Positions 48,231-61,461 of a stretch of DNA of 64,000 nt are shown here, piece after piece. The notes under the pieces are model-generated. The model did not search any database, was not told the origin of the DNA, and was given only the letters and a program-made list of their open reading frames with translations. The translations under genes were made by a program, and so were the position numbers. Source of the DNA: Azolla caroliniana (taxonomy: Eukaryota; Plantae; Polypodiophyta); contig JBHGNT010000021.1 in NCBI GenBank assembly GCA_043228905.1, positions 4,898,001-4,962,000 of the forward strand. The letters are read 5' to 3'. Positions within the stretch are counted from its first letter, which is position 1. Every line of letters begins with the position of its first letter.

Positions 48231-49074
48231 AGCGGATTTATCCCACATTGTAACGTATCTCCCTCCTTGTTCTATAAAAGGAAGGGAGCGCCTCTTGTGA
48301 AAGGGTTGCCCATTTTGAGTCATAAGGGTATACCATTTTGTGCTTTCTTTTCTAGGGTTAGCTACATTTTCTTTCTTTCTTCTTCTTCTCCTTCTCGAGA
48401 AGTCGGGCGGGAGCTATGGCAGCAAAGTTGTTAGGTTAACTTCTCTTCTTCTGTGCGTAGCCGGCTCGTGGCCGCGGTTGTATCTCCCCCCCCTTTGTAG
48501 GTTTGCTTCTGCTAGGTCTCATGTGCAAGACCCCGCTCGGCGCGATAGCCATGAGCTCCCCGACCGACAGCTTGGCAACCGACTACGGTTGTAACCTACC
48601 TGTTAAAAACAGTGCTCGGCCACAACCGAGGAATAGGATCAACTCTCAGAAAACAGGAAATACAAAATGCACGAAGACAATAGAGAGAAGAGTACACAGG
48701 ATGTTTTACGTGGAAAACCCTAAATGGGAAAAACCACGGGTGTCCTCAAACTCCAACTATCACTATAAACAGAGATGTACAATGGTGAAGCTACAAGGCA
48801 ACAACCTTGAGCTCACTGCCTTCGCCACAGGCGGCGGTAATACACAGAGGCAACGACCTCTTCGTCTCTCTCCCTCTCTCTCTCTCTCGGCTGCTCACTT
48901 AGCTCCTTCTAAGTGGAAAACCAGAAAAAATGAATAACAACTTCAAAACTGTTTGCCCTAAGTCATATTTATACACATATGACTTTCGGGCTATTTACAA
49001 ATATAGCCTCAAGGGCCCTTGGCAAACATATTCACAAATATGTCCCCGCATCCGGATCTCTCTCCGGGTACATT

Positions 49075-49256
49075 CGTCATCCGGCTCCGTAGCCGGGGTC
49101 TTCATCATCCGGCTCCGTAGCCGGGGTCTTCATCATCCGGATCCGAAACCGGGTTTTCATCATCCGGCTCCGCAGCCGGGGTCTTCATCATCCGGATCCG
49201 GAACCGGGTCTTCATCATCCGGCTCCGTAGCCGGGGTCTTCATCATCCGGCTCCGG
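49075..49256. repeat. Tandem ~26-27 bp CCGG-rich repeats in the U3 region of the copia E LTR (also 58635-58816)
   Basis: About seven units of CATCATCCGG(CTCCGTAG/ATCCGGAA)CCGGG(G)TCTT. Confidence 0.92.
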
Positions 49257-51317
49257 ACATCCGACCATCCCATCCGGAGGGACCGTAATCCCAACAAACT
49301 CCCCCTTCACTTCGGCATGGGATGTCTCTCCAATCCGATCCTCTTCTGGCACGCTTCCAGCTTGTCGGGTGTGAGCACTTTGGTCAGCATATTTGACCCG
49401 TTCTCGTCCGTGTGGATCTTCGTCAGCACGAACTCCTGGTCTTCTATCCTTTCCCGGATCCAGTGATATCTTCGCTGGATGTGCTTCGTCCGGGAGTGAT
49501 AGGCCGCGTTCTTCGCAAGGTGGATGGCACTCTGACTGTCGCAGTAGAGTCGGTACTCCTCCTGCCGGATACTGAGCTCTCTAATGAAGTCCTTCATCCA
49601 TATCATTTCCTTGCCGGCTTCAACAGCCGCCATGTACTCCGCCTCCGTGGTTGACAACGCAACCGTCTTCTGCAGCCTCGACTGCCACGAAACAGCTCCC
49701 CCTGCATACGTCATCACATACCCTGATGTGGACCGGCTGGTATCTGCATCAGCCGACATATCCGAATCGGTAAAGCCGTCGAGTTCGGGCTTACCGGAGC
49801 CGAATCGGAGGCACACGTTTGTCGTGCCCTTCACGTATCGGAGTATCCACTTGACCGCGTTCCAGTGCTCTTTGCCGGGATTGCTCATATACCGGCTCAC
49901 CACTCCGACTGCATATCCTATGTCCGGTCTTGTACACACCATTGCGTACATCAAGCTTCCGACGGCAGAGGCATATGGTACTTTCATCATGTCCTCCTTC
50001 TCAGCCTTTGTCTTGGGGCTTTGCTTGCTGGACAACTTGCAGTTTGCCGGGAGGGTTGACCCGACCGGTCTTGCTTCCGACATGTTGAACCGGTGAAGCA
50101 CCTTTGTCACGTACTTCTCCTGTGACAGCCACAACTGCTTCTTCTTCCGGTCCCAGATGATGTGCATCCCTAGTATTTGCCTCGCCGGACCCAGGTCCTT
50201 CATTGAGAAGGTTCGGTGAAGCGCTTTCTTCAGCATCCGTATCTTGACCTGGTCCCGTCCGACGATCAACATGTCGTCCACGTACAGGAGGAGTATTAGG
50301 AAGTCTCCTCCTTCAAACTTCTTCACAAACACGCAGTGATCGGACTGCGTTTTGTGGTACCCTTCGTCGGTCATGAAAGAGTCGAACTTCCGGTACCATT
50401 GCCGGGGAGCCTGCTTCAGTCCGTAAAGGCTCTTCTTCAACCGGCATACCAGGTGCTCCTTCCCTTTCTTCTCGAATCCTTCCGGTTGCTGCATGTAGAT
50501 CTCTTCTTCGAGGTCACCGTGAAGGAATGCCGTCTTCACGTCCATCTGTTCTACCTCGAGGTCCATGCTTGCCGCTATGCTCAGCACCGTCCGGATGGAG
50601 GTCATCTTCACTACCGGGGCAAATATCTCGTCGAAGTCGACGCCCTTCTTCTGCTGGAACCCCTTCACCACGATCCTGTTGGGATTACGGTCCCTTCGGA
50701 TGGGATGGTCGGATGTCGGAGATGAATGCCGACGAGCCCGGTTTCGGTTTCGGATCCGGATGACGAAGACCCCGGCTTCGGTGCCGGATGACGAATGTAC
50801 CCGGAGAGCAATCCGGATGCAGGGACATATCCGTGAATATGTTCGTTATGGGCCCCTGAGGCTATAGTTGTAAATAGCCCTAAAGTCATATATGTATAAA
50901 TATGACTTAGGGCAAATAGTTTTGGTGTTGCTTCTCATTTTTCTGTTTTTCCACTTTAGAGGAGTGAAGAGAGAGCAGCCGAGAGAGAGAGAGAAAGAGA
51001 GAGAGCGCGAGAGAGAAAGAGGTAGACGCCTCTGTGTATTTCCGCCGCCTGTGGCGAGGACAGCGAGCTCAAGGTCGTCGCCTTGGAGCTCGTCATTGTA
51101 TACTTCTCTGTATAGTGTTGTTTGGAGTCTTGTACTCCCGTGGTTTTTCCCCGTTTAGGGTTTTCCACGTTAATCCTTGTGTACTCGCGTTTCTTCGTTT
51201 TGTTTCTACGTGTGTTTCCTATTTTCTGCTCCATTGATCCGCGATTAATCGGTTGTGGCCGAGATAAGAAGGTGAATAGAAGCGTCAATTCTCAACAAAC
51301 TGGTATCAGAGCGACTG

Positions 51318-54300
51318 TTGCAGAAAATGGAAGGCGGCGGCAGCGGGCAGCCGATGATGATGGTGCTGAATGCACAGAATTACGCCGACTGGAAGATCAA
51401 GATGGAGGATCTTCTGATTGTTCGGGACCTGTACGAACCGATTGACAGGTCGGAAATACCGAAGGGGGTACTTGAGTCGGAGTGGAAGCTCCTGAACCGG
51501 AAAGCCGTAGCGACGATCCGACAATATGTCGACGTAAGCGTCCTGCAACATGTGGCGAACGACACCAACGCATACGAGATGTGGAAGAAGCTGTCTGGCC
51601 TCTATGAGAGGAAGAATGCGTTGAACCGGACCTCCCTGATGAGGAAGATAGTGAACCTCAAGTACCGGGACGGCGAGAGTATGGTAGAACACGTAAGCAC
51701 GTTCATGGGATTCGTGAATCAGCTTGCGGCGATCAAGTTCCCGCTGGAGGATGCAATGCAAGCCATCATCCTGATGTGTACATTGCCGGACAGCTGGGAG
51801 AACTTGGTGGTGACTCTCAGCACCTCCTGCACCGAAGATAACTTGTCCCTACAAACGGTAAAGACAAGTATTCTGAATGAAGAAGCGCGTCGGAGAGATA
51901 AGGAACCGGCCTCCGACCCGAAGATGCTGTTTACCGAATCGGATCGGGGAAGACAGTGGAACCGGAGTCCGCAAAGACGGGAGAAGTCGGGGACCCGGTC
52001 GCAGTCAAGAGGAAGGCCAACATGCTTCCACTGTGGGAAGCCGGGGCACTTCCGGAAGAACTGTCGGCATTACCGAAAGGACAACGGAGCCGACGACACC
52101 GATTCGAAGAAGTCACCGGAGAGAAACGGTGCATACCAGGGAGCCACGGACCGGAGAGGTCCGGATCGGCGAGGGCAGGACCGGAAAGGAACGACGGCAT
52201 TCGCGGCAAGTGAAGAAGAGATAATGCTCATTACCGAAGAGACGGAGCTAAACCTTGCCGGTGAAGAGATGACCTGGGTGGTCGATTCCGGAGCGTCGTT
52301 CCACCTGACCCCGGAGAAGAAATACTTCTCATCCTACACAGCCGGTGAACATGGTTGTGTCCGGATGGGAAATGAAGGCACATGCCGGATTGCCGGCATA
52401 GGAGACGTGTGGCTGATGACATCAACCGGATGCAAGCTGCTGCTGAAGAATGTGCGACACGTTCCGGAGGTCCGATTGAACCTGATCTCGGCCGGGAGGC
52501 TAGATGATGAAGGCTACACGGGTAGCATCCGGGACGGTGTCATGAAGTTCAGCAAGGGGAGCCTGATAGTGGCTCGGGCCCGGAAGGTCAACACTCTGTA
52601 CCTGATGAATTCCCGGCTATGTCCGGAGGAGCTGAACGTGGCAGTCGTCGCTGCCGGTGAGCTGTGGCACAAGCGACTGTGCCACATGAGTGAGAAGGGG
52701 ATGAAGAGGCTTGCAGAAGACAACCTTATTCCAGTGAAGCATGTGCACCTGGAGAAGTGCACCGACTGCCTGGCCGGTAAGCAAAACCGAACCTCCTTCC
52801 ACTCAAGGCCACCGACGAGACGTAGCGCACCATTGGAGTTGGTGCACACTGATGTGTGTCAGGTAGAAACGAAGTCACATGGCGGAGCCCAGTACTTCGT
52901 GACATTCATTGATGATCACAGCCGGAAGCTGTGGACGGCACCGTTGAAGACAAAGGACCAAGTGTTGTCCGTCTTCAAAGAACTCCACGCGAGAGTGGAA
53001 AGGGAATCCGGCAAGAAGCTGAAAGCGATACGAGCGGATAATGGAGGGGAATACCGGGGGCAGTTCCAGGAGTACTGTCGCTCGAAGGGAATCCGGCTCG
53101 AGTTTACTGTGCCGAAGACGCCGGAACTGAACGGGCTGGCNNNNNNNNNNNNNNNNNNNNNNNNNNNNNNNNNNNNNNNNNNNNNNNNNNNNNNNNNNNN
53201 NNNNNNNNNNNNNNNNNNNNNNNNNNNNNNNNNNNNNNNNAAGCCGGAGAGCTTTGAAGAAGCAAAGCATGACACCCAGAGCCGCAGGTGGTTGAGTGCC
53301 ATGCAGGACGAGATGGATTCCCTGCATGAGAACCACACATATGAACTTGTGGAGTTGCCGAAAGGAAAGCGGGCACTGCGAAACAAGTGGGTGTTCAAGC
53401 TGAAACCGGGAGATGCCGGAAACCCCCCGAGATACAAAGCCAGGATCGTGGTGAAGGGGTTTCAGCAGAAGAAGGGCGTCGACTTCGACGAGATATTTGC
53501 CCCGGTAGTGAAGATGACCTCCATCCGGACGGTGCTGAGCATAGCGGCAAGCATGGACCTCGAGGTAGAACAGATGGACGTGAAGACGGCATTCCTTCAC
53601 GGTGACCTCGATGAAGAGATCTACATGCAGCAACCGGAAGGATTCGAGAAGAAAGGGAAGGAGCACCTGGTATGCCGATTGAAGAAGAGCCTTTACGGAC
53701 TGAAGCAGGCTCCCCGGCAATGGTACCGGAAGTTCGACTCCTTCATGACCGACGAAGGGTACCTCAAAACGCAGTCCGACCACTGCGTGTTTGTGAAGAA
53801 GTTCGAAGGAGGAGACTCCCTAATACTCCTCCTGTACGTGGACGACATGTTGATCGTCGGACGGGACCAGGTCAAGATACGGATGCTGAAGAAGGCTCTT
53901 CACCGAACCTTCTCAATGAAGGACCTGGGTCCGGCGAGGCAAATACTAGGGATGCACATCATCCGGGACAGGAAGAAGAAGCAGTTGTGGCTGTCACAGG
54001 AGAAGTACGTGACGAAGGTGCTTCACCGGTTCAACATGTGGGAAGCAAGACCGGTCGGATCGACCCTCCCTGCAAACTGCAAGCCGTCCAGCAAGCAAAG
54101 TCCCAAGACAAAGGCTGAAAAGGAGGATATGATGAAAGTGCCGTATGCCTCAGCAGTCGGGAGCTTGATGTACGCCATGGTGTGTACGAGACCGGACATC
54201 GGATATGCAGTCGGAGTGGTGAGCCGGTACATGAGCAATCCCGGCAAAGAGCATTAGAACGCGGCCAAGTGGATACTCCGATACCTGAAGGGCACGGCAA

Positions 54301-54812
54301 ACGTGTGCCTCCGATTCGGCTCCGGTAAGCCCGAACTCGACGGCTTCACCGATTCGGATATGTCGGCTGATGCAGATACCAGCCGGTCCACATCAGGGTA
54401 TGTGATGACGTATGCAGGGGGAGCTGTTTCGTGGCAGTCGAGGCTGCAGAAGACGGTTGCGTTGTCAACCACGGAGGCGGAGTACATGGCAGCTGTTGAA
54501 GCCGGCAAGGAAATAATATGGATGAAGGACTTCATTAGAGAGCTCGGTATCCGGCAGGAGGAGTACCGACTCTACTGCGACAGTCAGAGTGCAATCCACC
54601 TTGCGAAGAACGCGGCTTATCACTCCCGGACGAAGCACATCCAGCGAAGATATCACTGGATCCGGGAAAGGATAGAAGACAAGGAGTTCGTGCTGACAAA
54701 GATCCACACGGACGAGAACGGGTCGGATATGCTGACCAAGGTCCTCACACCCGACAAGCTGGAAGCATGCCGGAAGAGGGTCGGATTGGAGAGACATCCC
54801 ATGCCGAAGTGA
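51318..54812 (+). pseudogene. Copia F gag-pol (assembly gap; TGG>TAG stop at 54255-54257)
   Basis: ORFs 51318..54257 and 54303..54812, highly similar to the E and A proteins. Confidence 0.93.
53141..53240. other. Assembly gap (100 N placeholder)
   Basis: The collinear segment of E between ELNGLA and PESF spans roughly 0.7 kb, so the N run understates the missing sequence. Confidence 0.98.
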
Positions 54813-57800
54813 AGGGGGAGTTTGTTGGGATTACGGTCCCTTCGGATGGGATGGTCGGATGTCGGAGATGAATGCCGACGAGCCCGGTTTCGGTTTCGGA
54901 TCCGGATGACGAAGACCCCGGCTTCAGTGCCGGATGACGAATGTACCCGGAGAGCAATCCGGATGCAGGGACATATCCGTGAATATGTTCGTTATGGGCC
55001 CCTGAGGCTATAGTTGTAAATAGCCCTAAAGTCATATATGTATAAATATGACTTAGGGCAAATAGTTTTGGTGTTGCTTCTCATTTTTCTGTTTTTCCAC
55101 TTTAGAGGAGTGAAGAGAGAGCAGCCGAGAGAGAGAGAGAAAGAGGTAGACGCCTCTGTGTATTTCCGCCGCCTGTGGCGAGGACAGCGAGCTCAAGGTC
55201 GTCGCCTTGGAGCTCGTCATTGTATACTTCTCTGTATAGTGTTGTTTGGAGTCTTGTACTCCCGTGGTTTTTCCCCGTTTAGGGTTTTCCACGTTAATCC
55301 TTGTGTACTCGCGTTTCTTCGTTTTGTTTCTACGTGTGTTTCCTATTTTCTGCTCCATTGATCCGCGATTAATCGGTTGTGGCCGAGATAAGAAGGTGAA
55401 TAGAAGCGTCAATTCTCAACAGATCCTGGCTTTGTATCTCGGGGGGTTTCCGGCATCTCCCGGTTTCAGCTTGAACACCCACTTGTTTCGAAGTGCCCGC
55501 TTTCCTTTCGGCAACTCCACAAGTTCATATGCGTGGTTCTCATGCAGGGAATCCATCTCCTCCTCCATGGCACTTAACCACCTGCGGCTATGGGTGTCAA
55601 GCTTTGCTTCTTCAAAACTCTCCGGCTCCCCCTCGTCGGTTAGCAGCACGTGCTCTGGTTCCGGAAATCTCCGGGGGGCCCTTCTCTCTCTTAGAGGATA
55701 TCTCCGTTCCGGAGCTTCGGTAACCGGCTCCTCCGTTTCTTCTTCATCCGAATCCATTTCGGGATCGGGGCCGGTTCCGGTATCAGTTTCATCTTCCTCG
55801 GCCGGTTCTGTTTCTTCACCGTCTTCGGCCGGATCCTCGAGTGCTAACCGGTCCCTTGCCGGTCGGGACTGCTCCTCGTAGAGTTGATCCTCACCGGTCG
55901 ACTTGGAGCTCTTCATCTTCTTCTCCAACTCCCAGTCGGCGAGTGTCTTGTCCTCCATGAAGATGATATCTCGACTCCTGAATATCTTCTTGTCGACCGG
56001 GTCCCATACTCGGTAGCCGAACTCGTCATCGCCGTAACCGAGGAATATGCATGGCCGGGTCTTTGGATCTAGCTTTCCTCTCCGGTCCTTTGCCACATGC
56101 ACGTATGCGAGACACCCGAACACCTTCAGATGCCGGTAGGATACTTCCCTACCGGTCCACACTCTTTGCGGCGTGTCTCCGTCCAAAGGTACTGAGGGTG
56201 ATCTATTTATCACGTATGTCGCCGTCGACATTGCCTCAGCCCAAAATCCCTTGGGTAATTTCGCATGCGCCAGCATACTCCGGACCCTCTCCATTATGGT
56301 CCGGTTTATCCTCTCGGCCAGCCCGTTCAGTTCCGGCGTCTTCGGCACAGTAAACTCGAGCCGGATTCCCTTCGAGCGACAGTACTCCGCGAACTGCCCC
56401 CCGTATTCCCCTCCGTTATCCGCTCGTATCGCTTTCAGCTTCTTGCCGAATTCCCTTTCCACTCTCGCGTGGAGTTCTTTGAAGACGCACAACACTTGGT
56501 CCTTTGTCTTCAACGGTGTCGTCCACAGCTTCCGGCTGTGGTCATCAATGAATGTCACGAAGTACTGGGCTCCGCCATGTGACTTCGTTTCTACTTGCAC
56601 ACGTCAGTGTGCACCAACTCCAATGGTGCGCCACGTCTCGTCGGTGGCCTTGAGCGGAAGGAGGTCCGGTTTTGCTTACCGGCCAGACAGTCGGTACACT
56701 TCCCCAGGTGTACGTGCTTTACCGGTATCAGGTTGTCTTCGGCAAGCCTCTTCATCCCCTTCTCGCTCATGTGGCCCAGTCTCTTGTGCCACAGCTCACC
56801 GGCAGTGTCAGCTGCCACGTTCAGCTCCTCAGGACATAGCCGGGAATTCATCAGGTACAGTGTGTTGACCTTCCGGGCCCGAGCCACTATCAGGCTCCCT
56901 TTGCTGAACTTCATGACACCGTTCCGGATGCTACCCGTGTAGCCTTCATCGTCTAGCCTCCCGGCCGAAATCAGGTTCAATCGAACCTCCGGAACGCGTC
57001 GGACATCCTTCAGCAGCATCTTGCATCCGGTTGATGTCATCAGCCACACGTCTCCTATGCCGGCAATCCGGCATGTACCTTCATTTCCCATCCGGACACA
57101 GCCATGCTCACCGGCTGTGTAGGATGAGAAGTATTTCTTCTCCGGGGTCAGGTGGAACGACACTCCGGAATCGACCACCCAGGTCATCTCTTCACCGGCA
57201 AGGTTCAGCTCCCTCTCTTCGGTAATGAGCATTATCTCTTCTTCACTTGCCGCGAGTGCCGTCGTTCCTTTCCGGTCCTGCCCTCGCCGATCCGGACCTC
57301 TCCGGTCCGTGGCTCCCCGGTATGCACCGTTTCGCTCCGGTGACTTCTTCGAATCGGTACCGTCGGTTCCGTTGTCTTTCCGGAAATGCCGACAGTTCTT
57401 CTGGAAGTGCCCCGGCTTCCCACAGTAGAAGCATGTAGGTCTTCCCCTCGACTGCGACCGTGTCCCCGACTTCTCCCGTCTTTGCGGACTCCGGTTCCGT
57501 TGTCTTCCCCGTTCCGATTCGGTAAGTAGCGCCTTCGAGTCGGAGGCCGGTTCTTTGTCTCTCCGACGCGCTTCTTCATTTAGAATACTTGTCTTTACCG
57601 TTAGTAAAGACAAGTTCTCTTCCTTACAGGAGGTGCTGAGAGTAACTACCAAGTTCTCCCAGCTCTCCGGAAGGGTACACATCAGCATGATGGCTTGCAT
57701 TGCGTCATCCAACGGGAACTTGATCGCCGCAAGCTGGTTCACGAATCCCATGAACGTGCTGACGTGTTCGACCATGCTCTCGCCGTCCCGGTACTTAAGA

Positions 57801-60361
57801 TTCACTATCTTCCTCATCAGGGAGGTCCGGGTCAGAGCATTCTTCCTCTCATACAGTCCGGACAGCTTCTGCCACATCTCATAGGCGTTCATATCGTTCG
57901 CCACATGTTGCAGAACACTTACATCGACATATTGCCGGATCGTCGCTACGACTTTCCGGTTCAGGAGCTTCCACTCCGACTCTATTACCCCCTTGGGTAT
58001 CTCGGCATTGTCGATCGGTTCGTAAAGGTCTCGGACGATGAGAAGGTCTTCCATCTTTATCTTCCAGTCGGCGTAGTTCTGTGAGTTCAACACCATCATG
58101 CCCGGAGGCCCACTACCGCCGCCTTCCATTTTCTGTGTCACCGTCGCTCTGATACCAGTTTGTTAAAAACAGTGCTCGGCCACAACCGAGGAATAGGATC
58201 AACTCTCAGAAAACAGGAAATACAAAATGCACGAAGACAATAGAGAGAAGAGTACACAGGATGTTTTACGTGGAAAACCCTAAATGGGAAAAACCACGGG
58301 AGTCCTCAAACTCCAACTATCACTATAAACAGAGATGTACAATGGTGAAGCTACAAGGCAACAACCTTGAGCTCACTGCCTTCGCCACAGGCGGCGGTAA
58401 TACACAGAGGCAACGACCTCTTCGTCTCTCTCCCTCTCTCTCTCTCTCGGCTGCTCACTTAGCTCCTTCTAAGTGGAAAACCAGAAAAAATGAATAACAA
58501 CTTCAAAACTGTTTGCCCTAAGTCATATTTATACACATATGACTTTCGGGCTATTTACAAATATAGCCTCAAGGGCCCTTGGCAAACATATTCACAAATA
58601 TGTCCCCGCATCCGGATCTCTCTCCGGGTACATTCGTCATCCGGCTCCGTAGCCGGGGTCTTCATCATCCGGCTCCGTAGCCGGGGTCTTCATCATCCGG
58701 ATCCGGAACCGGGTCTTCATCATCCGGCTCCGCAGCCGGGGTCTTCATCATCCGGATCCGGAACCGGGTCTTCATCATCCGGCTCCGTAGTCGGGGTCTT
58801 CATCATCCGGCTCCGGACATCCGACCATCCCATCCGGAGGGACCGTAATCCCTTTGTAGGTTTGCTTCTGCTAGGTCTCATGTGCAAGACCCCGCTCGGC
58901 GCGATAGCCATGAGCTCCCCGACCGACAGCTTGGCAACCGACTACGGTTGTAACCTACCTTGGTCCAGCTCGGAGCCGGGGTTGTAATCTTCTCCTATAA
59001 TATATATATATTTATTCGTGTTTGTTTGTGCATATCGGTGTAGTCGGTGGAGTCGGGAGCACAACCCCTTTGTTTCCTGTGTATAAGAGTCGGTGTAGCG
59101 CGCATGCTCTCTCCCTCTCTCTCTCATGTTCGGTTGCCTCCGGGACACGTCCGGAATCGTCTTCTTGGCATCCCTTCCTCTCTCGTCTGAGACCCCCGTG
59201 GTCCCGCCCCTTCTACATGCACGCGCGTAACAACTCGACAACGTTGTCAGAATAAATCAGGATCGGGGTCGGCACCTTGATCTGGAGGTCTCACAGCAGT
59301 TGTGGAAGCCAGATGGCTTCACAGGTGACAATGGTAGCGCCCTGGTATTCAGCCTCAGTGCTCGACTGAGCCACTGTTGGATGCTTTTTGCTACCCCACG
59401 CAACTAAGAGAAAACATGAAACCAGAGGTGGATCGGCGGTCCAATGCATCACCAACCTAGTCGGCATCTATGTATCTGACTAGCTCCTCAGTTATACCGT
59501 GTCGGTATAGCAGTCCCCGGTCCTTCGTGCCGCTTACATATCGCAATAGTCGATGCGCGCACTGAAGTTGCTCCACGATTGGATTTTACATAAACTGGTT
59601 GATCATCCTGACTGGATAACTGTTGTCGGGTCGAGTGATTGTCAAGTATATAAGGCTTCCGACAAATTGTCAGAACCATTTCTCATTGCAAGCCGGTCCG
59701 GAGTCCGGAGCACCTTGAAGAAATGCATTCTTCATGTCGATTTGATGAAGATGCCACCCCCTTGCCGCAACAACAACCAGTACCACATGAACCGTCGTCA
59801 TCTTTGCTATCGGAGCGAAGGTCTCATCGTAGTCAATTCTGTGGGTTTGTGCATATCCCTTTGCCACTAACCGAGCTTTGTACTGGTTAACCAAACCATC
59901 GACATTGTACTTTACCTTGTACACGCACTTGCAACCGATCGGTTTGCATTGTCAGGCTGGATCAACCAGGTCCCAGGTGTTGTTGGCATCTAGTGCCCGC
60001 ATTTCTTCCTCCATAGCAGCATGCCAATTTGCGTCTTTCGTTGCTTCTGCGTAGCTCTCCGGCTCACGCATTTCTGCCACCTTAGTCATGTATGCATAGT
60101 GATGTGCCATGTACTCATTGCACCTGTACCTCATGACAGGGTTCTTCTGGCGGGTTGACCGGCATAACTTGTCATTACTCGGTTTGAGGCCCTTCTTGGC
60201 TGGTTCGGACTTCCTTTCTGAAGATCCGCTTTCTTCCTTTCCGGGATCAAACTCGCTTCGATCTGACCCTTCACTGCCGGTATCATATTCTGGCATCTTC
60301 TTCTTCCCCTTCTCTTTGCGCTTGAACCATCTCCTCGGTTCCTTGTGCGGGGAGAGCACGG

Positions 60362-61010
60362 TGTCGTGAAGAAAACCGTCCCTTATCGCAATCGGTGTAT
60401 ATCACGCACGAACCAGCTCTTCACGCGTGCGCGCCCTCTAATGTATATAATAAAGGATTAGGTACAAAGGTATATCCTAGGTAGTTAGATTCGGTAGGTA
60501 GGAATTTAATGAGGGAAGCGGCTCCCTTCTTGGAGCTATAAAAGAGAGGGAGGCGCGGGGAGAAAGGGATCGGGCATTGAGGAGGACGAAGTGTTGTCGG
60601 ACTGTAACCGAACGCTTCTCCTCTGTTCATTCTCCATCGCTCTTCTCTGCAGGGTTTCGGGAGGCTCGCGCTGCTTTGAGGAACGCCCGTGTGCTTCCGG
60701 AAGCACCTCCATCCTATCCCCTTTCGTGCGCAGACGAGCAGGCATCGGCATCTGTTCGCCGGCCTGTTCGGTTGTAACCACTCGCGTGCTCTGTTGTTTT
60801 GTGTCATTTGTTAATATACAAACATTCGTGTCTCTCCATCTCTGTGTCCATTCGTGTTTTCTGCGTTGACGGGCCGTGTCCCTGTGTTTCTTTGCTCATA
60901 CGTTACCGGTCGTCTCTCTCTTTCTCTTTCCCCTCCTATCACCTGCTCTTCGGTTCAAGACCCCGGTGGTCCCACCTCGTTTCTCCACGCACGCGCTTAG
61001 TAACGCAACA
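60362..61010 (+). mobile_element. W-lineage solo LTR
   Basis: TGTCGTGAAGAAAACCGTCCC...TAACGCAACA; 4-bp TSD ACGG at 60358-60361 and 61011-61014. Confidence 0.9.
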
Positions 61011-61282
61011 ACGGCGGAGTCTCCACTACTCGCTGATTCTTCACCCGATTGGTCATCCCGACTCAGCCGCTCGTTCGGCCCACTTAGCCGAAATGAGATC
61101 GAACTCTTTTCTATAGTGCCAAAGTCATCATCTTCTACCCGGACCTCCTTGGGCTCACTAGCCTCATCTTCCGGAATCAGGTCGGAGTCTGAGGTTGGAG
61201 TCGGTAGAGAGTACCATGATGTCGATTCATCAAACTCGACATCTCGACTTACTCAGACTTGTTTAGTCTAGGGGTTAAAACA

Positions 61283-61407
61283 TGTTAAGAATTAGGTAAG
61301 TAATTAAGCAAGGGTATATGTGATATGTGCGGAAGTAATTATGTAATTAAGTAAGTAATTAAGTAATTAAGTGCGGAAGATTATGTGATATGTGTGTATA
61401 TGTGTGT

Positions 61408-61461
<54 letters not shown>

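Larger units (their letters stand above)
50677..55421 (+). mobile_element. Tnt1/Tork-like copia F, a sister family inserted antisense into E
   Basis: LTRs at 50677-51297 and 54823-55421; TSD GATCC at 50672-50676 and 55422-55426; iMet PBS at 51301-51312; PPT at 54811-54820. Confidence 0.96.
49307..58141 (-). pseudogene. Copia E gag-pol (56591..58141, 55427..56600, 49307..50676); one frameshift plus the F insertion
   Basis: All copia motifs present; YKARI|VVKGFQQ is split at TSD GATCC. Confidence 0.95.
48601..58852 (-). mobile_element. Tnt1/Tork-like copia E, interrupted by copia F
   Basis: Near-identical LTRs at 48601-49296 and 58161-58852 (the latter lacks the terminal AACA); iMet PBS at 58146-58157; PPT at 49297-49307. 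Confidence 0.96.
44162..59240 (+). mobile_element. tRNA-Trp-primed LTR element W (gag-like ORF plus repeat array; no pol seen)
   Basis: 5' LTR at 44162-44943; 3' LTR at 48234-48600 plus 58960-59240 (first ~126 bp and PPT deleted); 4-bp TSD ACGT at 44158-44161 and 59241-59244. Confidence 0.9.

Noticed and set aside
46670-49256. CRISPR-like repeat/spacer appearance
   Set aside because: Repeats are degenerate or directly tandem, spacers are irregular, no cas genes are present, and the context is eukaryotic retrotransposon.
53141-53240. Apparent in-frame deletion of the integrase C-terminus in copia F
   Set aside because: It is an N placeholder gap, not biological evidence.
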